Below, in pieces: positions 51,365 to 61,154 of a stretch of 64,000 bases of DNA. Made by a program: the position numbers and the translations under genes. Under the pieces are notes generated by a model. The model was not told the DNA's origin. It saw nothing but the letters and a program-made list of their open reading frames with translations, and made no database searches. The first letter of the stretch is position 1. Every line of letters begins with the position of its first letter. The stretch is from Nitrospirota bacterium (GTDB taxonomy: Bacteria; Nitrospirota; UBA9217), in contig DASPSR010000063.1 of the NCBI GenBank assembly GCA_035623825.1, forward strand, positions 1 through 64,000, in the 5' to 3' direction.

Positions 51365-51784
51365 ATGATGAGAACGCCTGCCTGGTTCGTGCCTGCAGTG
51401 GCCGCCTTGATACTCTGGGGAGTGTGGGGGTTGTTTCAAAAGCTGGCCACGAACCAGATGACGCCGCGGAATGTATATCTCGCCGCAGTCCTGGGCATGA
51501 TCGTGGTCGCGCTTGCAGTTTTTGCAATGAGTGATGTCCCGCTCCAGATGAACGCCCGAGGGGTGTTCCTCGCCCTTCTGGCCGGGATCTGCAGTTCATT
51601 GGGAGGCTTTCTGTTTCTCCATGCAATCAGCAGAGGAAAGGCGTCGGTCGTAATACCTTTCACTGCGCTCTATCCGCTCGTCACCATAATCCTGTCAGTC
51701 ACTGTCCTCAATGAGACCATAACGGCAAGGCATGGCTTGGGGATCGTGATGGCGCTCATCTCTATGGTGCTGCTTGCGGGCTAG
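51365..51784 (+). CDS. Single-domain EamA/DMT transporter
   Basis: LWGVWGLFQK, GKASVVIPFTALYP, LNETIT. Confidence 0.82.
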   Translation: MMRTPAWFVPAVAALILWGVWGLFQKLATNQMTPRNVYLAAVLGMIVVALAVFAMSDVPLQMNARGVFLALLAGICSSLGGFLFLHAISRGKASVVIPFTALYPLVTIILSVTVLNETITARHGLGIVMALISMVLLAG

Positions 51785-52046
51785 CCGAAACCGGATGGCG
51801 GGATCGGGTTCATCATGGGTGACGACCCGGTTGATGATATGCTCAAAGTCATTGAAGCAGAAGGCAAGAGAGGAAAAGATGAGCGATGCAGGGAGCGGTT
51901 GACATGCCGTCCGGAGCGGTTTTCGTCGTGGCCCATTTGTCGGGCGGGGATCATTCGATGGAGCTATGCAAAGAAATAGCGGGCGCTCCTTAGCAAAAAG
52001 CATCGTCAGCCATGATATAATCTTCAAAAAAGGGAGGAGTGAGCTT

Positions 52047-53558
52047 ATGAATGCTGCTCGAGTTTATTCCATGAAGGTATTTTGTCTCGTCACTGCTATG
52101 TTCCTTGCGGCAGGGTGCGCTCCTACCAAGATGCACGAGCAGGCGCCAGATATCCCTGTATTCCGCTATGAGCAGTATGTGCACAATGAAGGCTTCCGAG
52201 GAAAGTTCGCTTTCGAATCACACGATATTATCATGCTGACTCCTGACCGCAAAAAGACGGATAGTACCTTCAAATTCACCGGAGCGGTCCTCGGGAAACT
52301 GACCGGAGAACAGCGGAGCGCCGAGATCGTGCGACTCGACAAAGACCTTATCTGGAGGATCAATATCAATAAAAAGAGCTATATGGAGTATCCCATCAAA
52401 CGAGCCGCGTTCCAGGCAGGGGTCATGATCAACGACACGTCCGGGGAAACGGTGTATGTCGAGGATTGCTGCTCTGTCAAGACCAGCATCAAACACCCCC
52501 GGGTAAAAAAGGTCGTGAATGGGTATAATGCCGAAGAAGTGGTCCTCACCATGTCATCGACCTGTCAGGCGGATGCAGGGCAACCGCCGAACAAGGTGAC
52601 CTTTATCCTCGACGTCTGGATCGCGCCCGACGTCCAGGTTGACGATCTAGAAGCTTTTGATGAGGCATATGCCAAGAAGGTGGGCATGGATATCGAGATG
52701 TTCCAGGCGATGGGCGAGCAGTTCATGAAGATGTACCCGGGTGTCAGAGACCTGGGCCTGATGATGAACGGTTTGAAGGGGTATCCGATCTTGAGCACCC
52801 TGACGGTGGAGGATGCAAACTACCTGAAGAAGCAGCAGGAAGAGAGGATGAGGGAAAGCAAGAAAGGAGATGGCAAACAGGGCGGTTCGCCTACCGAAAT
52901 GGCGACCGGATTTTTTTCGAAAAAAGTGACAGAGCATGAAGAAAACAAACAAAAAGAGGAAGACCTCAAGTGGGGCAATGCGATATGGCGCGTTTCGTGG
53001 GAGTCCAGAAACTTCGAGACGACACGGATTACCGCGGATGAGTTCGAACTTCCCGATGACCTGAAAAAAGTTGAGCAGAAGGAAAATCTAGAAGGTGAAC
53101 AGGGGAAGGCTGCTCATGAAGAAAAGCCGGCGCATTTTGTCAAAACCGCCTGTCTCTCCAAGTTGACGAAAGCGCAGCTGGGAACCTCGGTCTATCCGGG
53201 AGCGAAAGTCGCCCATGCGCGGCCGTATAACGAGGGCGATCATAATACCCAGTGGTACTACGCGGGCAAGAACAACTACCGTGTCCTTTTTTCCACGACG
53301 GATCCCATGGAAAAAGTGATGGCCTTCTATGAAAAGGAATTCAAGGGCAAATGCACGGTGACGACTCAGCAGGAGGGGGGGAATTCATTCAAAGAGGCGG
53401 TATGCGCCAGGCCCGTCGGCCTCAAGCTTGTGCGCACATTCAAAATGAGCGAAAAACCGCTTGAGCTCAAGATGGATGTCGGAACCATGCCCGCTCCTTC
53501 CGATAAATCACCGCAGAAGTTTTTAGGATTTGAGCTGAGCGTCGGCAAACCACAATGA
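52047..53558 (+). CDS. Hypothetical lipoprotein
   Basis: Lipobox LAAGC, strong RBS GGAGGAG, 503-aa ORF. Confidence 0.75.
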   Translation: MNAARVYSMKVFCLVTAMFLAAGCAPTKMHEQAPDIPVFRYEQYVHNEGFRGKFAFESHDIIMLTPDRKKTDSTFKFTGAVLGKLTGEQRSAEIVRLDKDLIWRININKKSYMEYPIKRAAFQAGVMINDTSGETVYVEDCCSVKTSIKHPRVKKVVNGYNAEEVVLTMSSTCQADAGQPPNKVTFILDVWIAPDVQVDDLEAFDEAYAKKVGMDIEMFQAMGEQFMKMYPGVRDLGLMMNGLKGYPILSTLTVEDANYLKKQQEERMRESKKGDGKQGGSPTEMATGFFSKKVTEHEENKQKEEDLKWGNAIWRVSWESRNFETTRITADEFELPDDLKKVEQKENLEGEQGKAAHEEKPAHFVKTACLSKLTKAQLGTSVYPGAKVAHARPYNEGDHNTQWYYAGKNNYRVLFSTTDPMEKVMAFYEKEFKGKCTVTTQQEGGNSFKEAVCARPVGLKLVRTFKMSEKPLELKMDVGTMPAPSDKSPQKFLGFELSVGKPQ

Positions 53559-53711
53559 ATATGCCGGCAAGGTCTCGCAGCAGGCGGGAGAACTCTTCTG
53601 AAAAATCCGCCGAGTCTTGAAACTAGCCTGGCGAAATCGCTGGAGCCCTTTCCGAAGGCATGACCGCGAGGAAATATTACGCAGAGGCACCCCGCAGTTT
53701 GCTGCAGGGGG

Positions 53712-54182
53712 TCATTTTGCTTTCTCTGCGGTCATGTGTTCAAGCTCTACCAGCAAACCCACCTGCCCCTGATTGATCTTCTGCTTCGCCTCCTCGATAC
53801 CGAACCATGCGGCGCGGTCTGCTTCCGGGAAATCCTGCCGTTTGCCGGAGCGGGGAGGCCATTCCATAGAGAACGTATTGCTTTTTATGGCCGCAGGGTC
53901 ACACTCTCCTTCGATCGCCCAAGCGTGGATAGCTTTGCCGCTTTTGAGTTTCACGGGAGAAAGAGGAATAAATCGACCGGAGACAGTAAACCCTGTTTCT
54001 TCCCGAAATTCGCGTTTCGCTGCCTCGAGCCGGTCCTCCCCCTGTTCCACCAATCCCTTCGGGATGGACCATGCCCCGGCGTCTTTTTTGGACCACAGCG
54101 GACCACCCGGGTGGATGAGGAGGACCTGGAGGATCCCGTCCCGCTTGCGGTAGAGCAGAAGACCCGCGCTGACGATCGGCAT
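53712..54182 (-). CDS. NUDIX hydrolase
   Basis: PKG..EQGEDRLEAAKREFREETG Nudix box; HPGGP; MEWPPRSG. Confidence 0.92.
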   Translation of the reverse strand: MPIVSAGLLLYRKRDGILQVLLIHPGGPLWSKKDAGAWSIPKGLVEQGEDRLEAAKREFREETGFTVSGRFIPLSPVKLKSGKAIHAWAIEGECDPAAIKSNTFSMEWPPRSGKRQDFPEADRAAWFGIEEAKQKINQGQVGLLVELEHMTAEKAK

Positions 54183-54385
54183 GATTTTATTGTAGCAGAA
54201 GCTCTTGTCCTTTGCGAAATCCAACGTGCGGTATGCGAGATCAAGGAGCTGTTTGCCCCGAATCAGGAAAGGGTTCGAGCGGTATTATCACGCCCGCGCT
54301 CTCCTTGACGCATGAACGTCTTTCGTTTACAATGCATTATGATGATTGCCGAGAACTAATATACCATCGGAAGGACTCTTTAAGA

Positions 54386-54766
54386 GTGAGGAAATTTACG
54401 GACAAGAAGATATTAGTTGCCGATGACTCCCAGACGATGCGGATGTTTATCATATTCCATTTGATCAAGATGCTGCCGGGCGTGCAGATCATCGAAGCTG
54501 AGAACGGCGCCGCTGCAGTCGAGAAATTCACGAGGCAGGATGTCGACCTCGTTCTCACCGACATGAACATGCCGATACTGGACGGGGCCGGATTCATCAG
54601 GGCCGTCCGCCTGGGCCTGAAGAAAGAAACACCCATCATCGTCATCACCACCAAAGGCGAGGAACACGACCGGGAGAAGGGGATAGCCCTGGGTGCGAAC
54701 GGTTATATTACGAAGCCGATCAATATCCGGGAGTTTAGGGAGACGGTCCTGAGATTTCTTTCGTGA
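54386..54766 (+). CDS. Single-domain response regulator (CheY-like)
   Basis: ILVADDS, LTDMNMPILDG, YITKP; start uncertain. Confidence 0.88.
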   Translation: MRKFTDKKILVADDSQTMRMFIIFHLIKMLPGVQIIEAENGAAAVEKFTRQDVDLVLTDMNMPILDGAGFIRAVRLGLKKETPIIVITTKGEEHDREKGIALGANGYITKPINIREFRETVLRFLS

Positions 54767-55241
54767 TCCGGCCGAGCGAGAAGCGCGTCAGTATCCACGG
54801 TACATGTACTGGATATTAGATCTTCGTCATTCAAAAAGGAAGCAAGAACAGGCAACTGGACCAATGATATGCTGTTTCGCGTTGACGCAGCAAAAACAGA
54901 AGCGTACTCTGTGAATTATTCTCTTCCCGGCGCCTCTCTCCTCTTAACGTTCATGACGGGATAGAGATCGGATAGGCGCGATCCGGCCCGGCCTGCCCGG
55001 GGGTGGATCCGGATCTCCTCACCTTTCCCCTTCATGCCCTTCCTGCTTATAAGCCATTACAAGAATGTATGGGTCTTGACCCTTGACTTTCGACGCGTAT
55101 TTGCCTATCTTGGGAGAAAGCCTTTCTGCATTACCAGTTTTGACATGTACAAGCATACTGAGTGCCCCGCATCTGCACTCATGCCCAGGAGCAGTGCCTC
55201 GTTTGTATAAACCGGCCCCAACATATGCCAGAGCCGCTGTC

Positions 55242-56621
55242 ATGGCTGCAGTCCTGTACCCGCTTATCCTTGCATTGATTCCCCTTTCGGTATGCAAGTA
55301 TGCCTCTCTCTTTGGCATTCCTCTGATATCATGTGCATGGGCACAGCCTGCAGGTCCTGACCAACCCGCAGCGCCTGCCCAACCTCAGGAAAGCCAGGGT
55401 GCGCCGCAACAGCCTCAGGGGCAACAAGAGGCACCAAAGCAGCCGGAAGCGGCTCCTGCTCCCGCCGCACCCGCGGCGCCTGCCCAACCTCAGGAAGGCC
55501 AGGGTGCGCCGCAACAGCCTCAGGGGCAACAGGAGGCACCAAAGCAGCCGGAAGCGGCTCCTGCTCCCGCCGCACCCGCGGCGCCTGCCCAATCTCAGGA
55601 AGGCCAGGGCGCGCCGCAACAGCCTCAGGGGCAGCAGCCGGCACCGAAGCAGCCGGAAGCGCCGCCAGCCGGGCCGCCGCAGCCGCTTCCTTCTGAACAA
55701 AAAAAGAAAGAAACGGAGGCACCGAAGAAACCGCCAGAGTTACAGCTTGAGGAAACCATCATTGATATCGTGCATAGAATGATATCCAAGGATATTCTTT
55801 CGACCGCTACCTATCTCGACTCATTTTTCGGGAACGAACGCTATCTTGCCGAGGCCAATCAGTCGTACATACGGCTGCGGTACAATATGTTCCTTGAACA
55901 TGAATCCCCCTTTCTGCACAGACCCGAGATTGACGTGAGGGTAGTCCTTCCCCAGTTGCAGCAAAAAACGCACCTGGAATTTTCCGGGACGCCGAAGAAT
56001 GCCGCTGACCTGTCCGCCACCCAGGCACCATCCACGATCGACCAGTTCGAGAATCCATCGCAAAAAAATTTCACCACATCGATATCTCAATTCTTTAAGC
56101 AAAGCGATAAGGTGAACTTCGTCATGCGCGGAGGCCTCCAGTGGCACGGTGGGGGGCCTGAAGTGATACTGGGTCCCCGGTTCCGGCTGCTGGTTCCGCT
56201 CTACGATCAGTGGAGTTTTCGGTTCATTGAGGATGTAGTCGTAAGAACAAACAACAACGGCTATCAGATAAAGTCCACGTTTGACCTCGAACGACCGCTT
56301 CCGCACAATCTCTTCTTTCGCGCCACCAACGATTGGATCCGGACCGACCACATGGACGGTTTTACTTATACGGCCATTTTTACCGTGGATCATCCTCTGG
56401 ATGCCCACCACATACTGGCGTACGAATATGACAACTTATTCCAGACCCGACCAGTGAACGAACTTACGGAGATCGATCTCCGCGTCCGGTACCGCCAGAG
56501 GTTCTGGCGGGACTGGTTCTTTTTTGAAGTGGCGCCACAGTACCGGTTCCCTCGTGACCGGGATTTTGTGCCCACGCCGGGGATTCTCTTCAGACTTGAG
56601 GCGATATTTGGACATTATTAG
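55242..56621 (+). CDS. Exported, probably outer-membrane protein with Pro/Gln/Ala-rich N-terminal repeats
   Basis: Signal-like N-terminus ending AWA, repeat linker, amphipathic beta-strand-rich C-terminus (RYRQRFWRDWFFFEVAPQ...RLEAIFG); start uncertain. Confidence 0.72.
   Translation: MAAVLYPLILALIPLSVCKYASLFGIPLISCAWAQPAGPDQPAAPAQPQESQGAPQQPQGQQEAPKQPEAAPAPAAPAAPAQPQEGQGAPQQPQGQQEAPKQPEAAPAPAAPAAPAQSQEGQGAPQQPQGQQPAPKQPEAPPAGPPQPLPSEQKKKETEAPKKPPELQLEETIIDIVHRMISKDILSTATYLDSFFGNERYLAEANQSYIRLRYNMFLEHESPFLHRPEIDVRVVLPQLQQKTHLEFSGTPKNAADLSATQAPSTIDQFENPSQKNFTTSISQFFKQSDKVNFVMRGGLQWHGGGPEVILGPRFRLLVPLYDQWSFRFIEDVVVRTNNNGYQIKSTFDLERPLPHNLFFRATNDWIRTDHMDGFTYTAIFTVDHPLDAHHILAYEYDNLFQTRPVNELTEIDLRVRYRQRFWRDWFFFEVAPQYRFPRDRDFVPTPGILFRLEAIFGHY
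55371..55661 (+). repeat. 105-bp (35-codon) tandem repeat, about 2.8 copies
   Basis: Units start at 55371, 55476 and 55581 (GCGCCTGCCCAAYCTCAGGAA...). Confidence 0.92.
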
Positions 56622-56693
56622 GCGCGGGAAAGGGCACGAGATTCTATGCCGGGCTGCCGCGTTGACGAAGGTCATTTCTATAGGTAGGTTTTA

Positions 56694-57020
56694 TCACCGC
56701 GAGAAATAATCGAGATATCTGCTGCCGACAGGATCAGGCCTGGTCAGCTTGCTCTTTTCCAACTTTGATTCATACAACTTGACTGCATCGTCAAGGTCTC
56801 TCATCCCTTCCACGAGGAGGAACCTCATGTAACCCTCTCCCCCTGTGGGGCTGATCTTCCGGAATCGTTCCCTGAGCGTCAGGAAGTAGCAATAGTAAAA
56901 GAGGTCCTCGCCGGCCAGGTATCCCCGGTCAATAACGCATTCCCGCGTTTTTTTGAGGAAAAAGACCTTTTCGGAAGGGTCCAGCTCGCGCAAGAATTTT
57001 TCTTTAAGTGCTTTTAACAC
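56694..57020 (-). CDS. Hypothetical protein
   Basis: 108-aa ORF directly downstream of and co-oriented with the zinc-ribbon gene. Confidence 0.65.
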   Translation of the reverse strand: MLKALKEKFLRELDPSEKVFFLKKTRECVIDRGYLAGEDLFYYCYFLTLRERFRKISPTGGEGYMRFLLVEGMRDLDDAVKLYESKLEKSKLTRPDPVGSRYLDYFSR

Positions 57021-57035
57021 GATGAAACGCCGGTA

Positions 57036-57203
57036 TTACGATTTTTTGTCAGTTTTGGCGAAGAATCCGGTGAGCATCTTCTCTACGTTGTCACTCTCGC
57101 AGTGCGGGCACGTGATCTTCGGCTTTGCTTCGAGTTCCTTAAGTGAGAGGAAGATCGTGAATTCCTTTTTGCAATCCCTGCACACATATTCGTAGGACGG
57201 CAT
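57036..57203 (-). CDS. FmdB family zinc-ribbon protein
   Basis: MPSYEYVCRDC...CPHCES; GGAGG RBS. Confidence 0.88.
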   Translation of the reverse strand: MPSYEYVCRDCKKEFTIFLSLKELEAKPKITCPHCESDNVEKMLTGFFAKTDKKS

Positions 57204-57461
57204 GAGATTCACCTCCGGAGCGCTCTTCACGTCTGCCTGATAGATATATTATAGCCTAGAAAAAAATCCCCGCAGAACAACAACCTGGGGAATGAAACCT
57301 CATACTTAAGGTGGCAGTAAAATTCTGCTAAAATTAACAAAAAGGGAAAATCCTTGGTCCTGGAAATCAGGAAGTTCCTGTTAGATAACGGAGCGTTTTC
57401 ACCGTATTGATGGGGACCCTCGCACTATGCCGTTGACGGGAAAGAGCAGGAGCGGTACACC

Positions 57462-58196
57462 ATGCGTACCGCAGTCATAGCGGACATCCATGCGAATCTA
57501 GAGGCTCTGCAGGCCGTGCTGACACGGATCGATGTTCTGGGCGCGGACGAGATCGTATGCCTCGGCGACATCGTCGGATACAATGCGGATCCCAATGAAT
57601 GCGTGGACATTATCAGGACCAGGAACATCAAATGCGTCCTGGGGAATCATGACGTCTGCGCGGCCGGTCTGGAAGAGCCTGACGACTTCAATCCCGTCGC
57701 GAAGAGGGCTGTGCTCTGGACCCGAGCCGAGCTCACCGATGAGAACAAGATGTTTCTCAGCAGCTTGCCGCGAGGGCTGCGGGTGAAGGACCTGTTTTTC
57801 TTTCACGGATCGATCGACGACACCAACCGGTACATCATCTTCATGGGCGATGCTGCTGATAATTTCTCATTGCTGGCCGGCTTGGGGAAATCCCTGCGGA
57901 TCGGCTTTTTTGGCCATACGCACGTGAAAGCGGTGCTCTGTTCATCCCGGGGAGAAGTGTCCGTTGGACTTTCTTCCGACCAGCGGCTGGCAGAGGAGAA
58001 TCGGTACCTTATAAACCCTGGCAGCGTGGGGCAGCCAAGAGACGGCGACCCGAGGGCATCGTTCTTGGTGTATGACGCCGGCAGACAACGGGTGAACTTC
58101 AGCCGCGTGGAATACGATCTACGAGCATGCCAGGACAAGATCATCCGCGCAGGCTTGCCGTCATGGCTCGCGGAACGACTCGATTCCGGGATTTGA
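57462..58196 (+). CDS. Metallophosphoesterase
   Basis: DIHAN, GDIVGY, GNHD, GHTH, NPGSVGQPRD. Confidence 0.92.
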   Translation: MRTAVIADIHANLEALQAVLTRIDVLGADEIVCLGDIVGYNADPNECVDIIRTRNIKCVLGNHDVCAAGLEEPDDFNPVAKRAVLWTRAELTDENKMFLSSLPRGLRVKDLFFFHGSIDDTNRYIIFMGDAADNFSLLAGLGKSLRIGFFGHTHVKAVLCSSRGEVSVGLSSDQRLAEENRYLINPGSVGQPRDGDPRASFLVYDAGRQRVNFSRVEYDLRACQDKIIRAGLPSWLAERLDSGI

Positions 58197-58222
58197 TCAA
58201 ATGCCTGCACCGGGGAGGCGCT

Positions 58223-59272
58223 ATGGCTGCGATGCGTTTTGAAAGCGTTTCGTCGACATTCACGATGCGGAACCCGCAGAAAGACTTTGTTGAGGACGTC
58301 TTTCAGGTCGAGGTACGGAGGGACCCCTTGCTCGGAGATACGAGCGTCTACAACCCGATCCTCAGGGACAAAGTCAAAGCATTTTTCGGAGACGGCGATC
58401 CGGCGCTGATCCAGCGGCTGGCAGAAGAGAGTGCCAAGACCTGCATCTTCTGCCCTGATCGGGTCGAGAAAATCACGCCTCAGTACCCAGAGGAACTCGT
58501 CTCCGGAGGAAGGATCCGTGCGGGCGAGGCGCTTCTATTCCCGAATCTCTTCGCCATCGGAAAGTACCATGCAGTGGTATCGCTCTGCAATGCGCATTTT
58601 TTGAAGCTCTCGGAGTTCTCCCCCGATCTGCTCGAAAACGGCTTTCGAGCGGCCAGGGAATTCCTTAAAGCGGTGTTTCGCAACGATCAATCGGTGCACT
58701 GCGTATCGGTCAATGCCAATTACCTTTTTCCCGCGGGTGCCAGCCTGGTCCATCCCCACCTCCAGATGCTGGTCACGCCCGTGGCCTATTCCTACCACGC
58801 GCGCCTCCTCGATGCATGCGGCGCGTACAACCGGAGAACGGGTTCCGCATACCATGCGGACCTCATCGAGGCAGAAAGAAAGGCAGGTTCGCGTTATATT
58901 GCGAAGACCGGATGGTGGCACTGGATGTCCTCATTCTCCCCTCTCGGGAGCAACGAAGTGATGGCCGTGCACGAGAGGGAGGGTGATTTCGCTTTTCTCG
59001 CCGATGCCGATCTCAGGGGTCTTTCCGATGGTCTCTCAAGGGTCCTCGCTTTCTACGAGAGCCTTGGCCATTTGAGCTTCAATTTCACCCTGTATGCTGC
59101 CCGGCAGCCTCAAGCGGGAGAAGGACTCCGGTGCCTTCTGAAGATCATCAACAGGCAGAACCTCTATCCAAACTACCGGAACGATGATTATTTTCTGCAG
59201 AAGATGCTCCAGTCGGAATTAATCATCAACCTTCCCGAGGAGCTTGCACCGAGATTGCGGGCAAATTTTTAA
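58223..59272 (+). CDS. Galactose-1-phosphate uridylyltransferase-like (HIT/GalT) protein
   Basis: RRDPLLG, CIFC, FPNLF, AGASLVHPHLQ. Confidence 0.82.
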   Translation: MAAMRFESVSSTFTMRNPQKDFVEDVFQVEVRRDPLLGDTSVYNPILRDKVKAFFGDGDPALIQRLAEESAKTCIFCPDRVEKITPQYPEELVSGGRIRAGEALLFPNLFAIGKYHAVVSLCNAHFLKLSEFSPDLLENGFRAAREFLKAVFRNDQSVHCVSVNANYLFPAGASLVHPHLQMLVTPVAYSYHARLLDACGAYNRRTGSAYHADLIEAERKAGSRYIAKTGWWHWMSSFSPLGSNEVMAVHEREGDFAFLADADLRGLSDGLSRVLAFYESLGHLSFNFTLYAARQPQAGEGLRCLLKIINRQNLYPNYRNDDYFLQKMLQSELIINLPEELAPRLRANF

Positions 59273-59380
59273 GGCGATCGGTGTTTATCCGATGCCGGAA
59301 ATACGCGGACCAGCATGGAATTGAAATAGCCGGTGCGCCGGTCCTTTCGCCGGACTGACGGCAGGCGTTCATTTACTCTC

Positions 59381-59722
59381 ATGAAGATTGATTCATACTC
59401 ATTCGGCAGTCTGGTCGTTAATGGCAAAAAGTATACTTCTGATGTCATCATCTATCCCGACCGCGTGGACCCTTCCTGGTGGAGGAAGGAGGGGCACCGT
59501 CTCCAGATCGCCGATCTGACCGATGCACTCAAGGCGCAACCCCAGATCCTGATCATCGGGACGGGATATTCCGCAATGATGGCGGTGCCGGAGGAAACGA
59601 AAGACCACATAAGGTCATTAGGTATCGATATCTCCATCGCAGCCACGGGAAAGGCTGTTGAGATGTTCAACACAATGCAGGGCGAAAAGACCATCGTCGC
59701 CGTTCTTCATCTCACCTGCTGA
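59381..59722 (+). CDS. Mth938-like domain protein
   Basis: YSFG, WWRKEGH, IIGTG, C-terminal LHLTC. Confidence 0.88.
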   Translation: MKIDSYSFGSLVVNGKKYTSDVIIYPDRVDPSWWRKEGHRLQIADLTDALKAQPQILIIGTGYSAMMAVPEETKDHIRSLGIDISIAATGKAVEMFNTMQGEKTIVAVLHLTC

Positions 59723-59918
59723 GGGGAGATCCTGTGAAGAAGCTCTGCGCCTTCCATCGGGATACATGACAAATTATTTAAGTGCAAGATGGTCCTCCAG
59801 CGTGATATAATGCGCCTGCATTCCTCTATTCGTCGAGTTACTCAAACGAACAGACCATTATAATTTGACAAAGAGCGTCCTTAAGTTACGATAAGAGTAT
59901 GCTTGAAAAGGAGAAAGC

Positions 59919-61136
59919 ATGTCATTGCAGGTAGTCATCGTAGGTGGAGGTCTAGGAGGGCTTGAGGCAGCATTTTCGCTCAGGAACCTTCTGAGATCTT
60001 CCGTCGAGATCACCCTGATCGATCGGCACGCATATCACTCATTCACCCCTTCGATCCATGAGATCGTTTCCGGTAAAGTCCGGCCGGAGGCGATTCGGAT
60101 ACCCTTGACGGTAGTGCTGAAACCCGCGGGCATCAATTTTGTTCAAGATGAGGTCCTGTCGGTCAATCCGGAAATGCGCGAGGTCATCTCCCGTGAAGGC
60201 ACACTCCACTATGATTATTTGGTGCTGAGCAGCGGAGCGGAAAATAATTTCTACGGAGTGACAGGAGTCGATAAACATTCGTACCGCTTCCGCACCCCTG
60301 GTGATGCCGAGCGCATCCGGGCCGATCTGGAATCCCTTCTCGCCGATCCGATCAGCCGTTTTACGGTCGTCCTGGCAGGAGGCGGCACTGAAGGCGTGGA
60401 GGTCGCCGGAGAATTGCTCGACGCGGTCACGGGTCACGGAAGGGAGGAGGACCTCGGGTCCGGCAGGATCTCCGTCGAGTTGATCGAGGGACGTGAGCAT
60501 CTTCTCCCCGGGTTTCCCCTCAAAGCGCAGGAGTTCGTGGAAAATTACCTGTCACACAGGGGAGTGAAGCTCTTTACCAGCAGCCGCATCGAAAAGGTCA
60601 GGAATGACAGGGTGATCCTCGAATCGGGATCGGAACGGGTGATGGCCATGTTGCTGTGGACGGGAGGAATTCAGCCGATGAAGCTGATCAGGGAACTGCC
60701 GCTTCCCAAGGACCCGTCCGGCTGGCTCAAGGTCACCGACCGGCTCCACTCGCCCGATGACGAGCGTATCTACGGGATCGGGGACGCAATCACCATCCAA
60801 GCGTTCGGCAGCTCTGTGCCGCTGCCGCGCCTGGCATATCATGCGCAGGACCAGGCCCGTGTCGCCGGGTTGAACATCTTTTCGAGCATCAACGGCCGCG
60901 CCCTGGTGCCTTATGTGCCCAAGCTCAAGCCTCAATTGATCTCACTGGGCGGGGACATGGGGATCATGGTGGACGGCGAGCGGTTCTTTTCCGGGTCCTG
61001 GATTGTCACTCTGAAAAAAGCGATCGAGCGGAAGCACATGATGACCTACCTCACCAAACCCGTCACATCCGCGATTGCCGCCAGGATCCCGGGGATGAAT
61101 TTCCTGAGCGGGATATGGCGACGCCTCCCGATATGA
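59919..61136 (+). CDS. NAD(P)/FAD-dependent oxidoreductase (NDH-2-like)
   Basis: GGGLGG, YDYLVLSSG, GGGTEGVEVAGE, WTGG, YGIGD. Confidence 0.85.
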   Translation: MSLQVVIVGGGLGGLEAAFSLRNLLRSSVEITLIDRHAYHSFTPSIHEIVSGKVRPEAIRIPLTVVLKPAGINFVQDEVLSVNPEMREVISREGTLHYDYLVLSSGAENNFYGVTGVDKHSYRFRTPGDAERIRADLESLLADPISRFTVVLAGGGTEGVEVAGELLDAVTGHGREEDLGSGRISVELIEGREHLLPGFPLKAQEFVENYLSHRGVKLFTSSRIEKVRNDRVILESGSERVMAMLLWTGGIQPMKLIRELPLPKDPSGWLKVTDRLHSPDDERIYGIGDAITIQAFGSSVPLPRLAYHAQDQARVAGLNIFSSINGRALVPYVPKLKPQLISLGGDMGIMVDGERFFSGSWIVTLKKAIERKHMMTYLTKPVTSAIAARIPGMNFLSGIWRRLPI

Positions 61137-61154
61137 GGCCCGACATCAACGGTC

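Noticed and set aside
55371-55661. CRISPR array
   Set aside because: Contiguous 105-bp in-frame coding repeats without unique spacers; no cas genes
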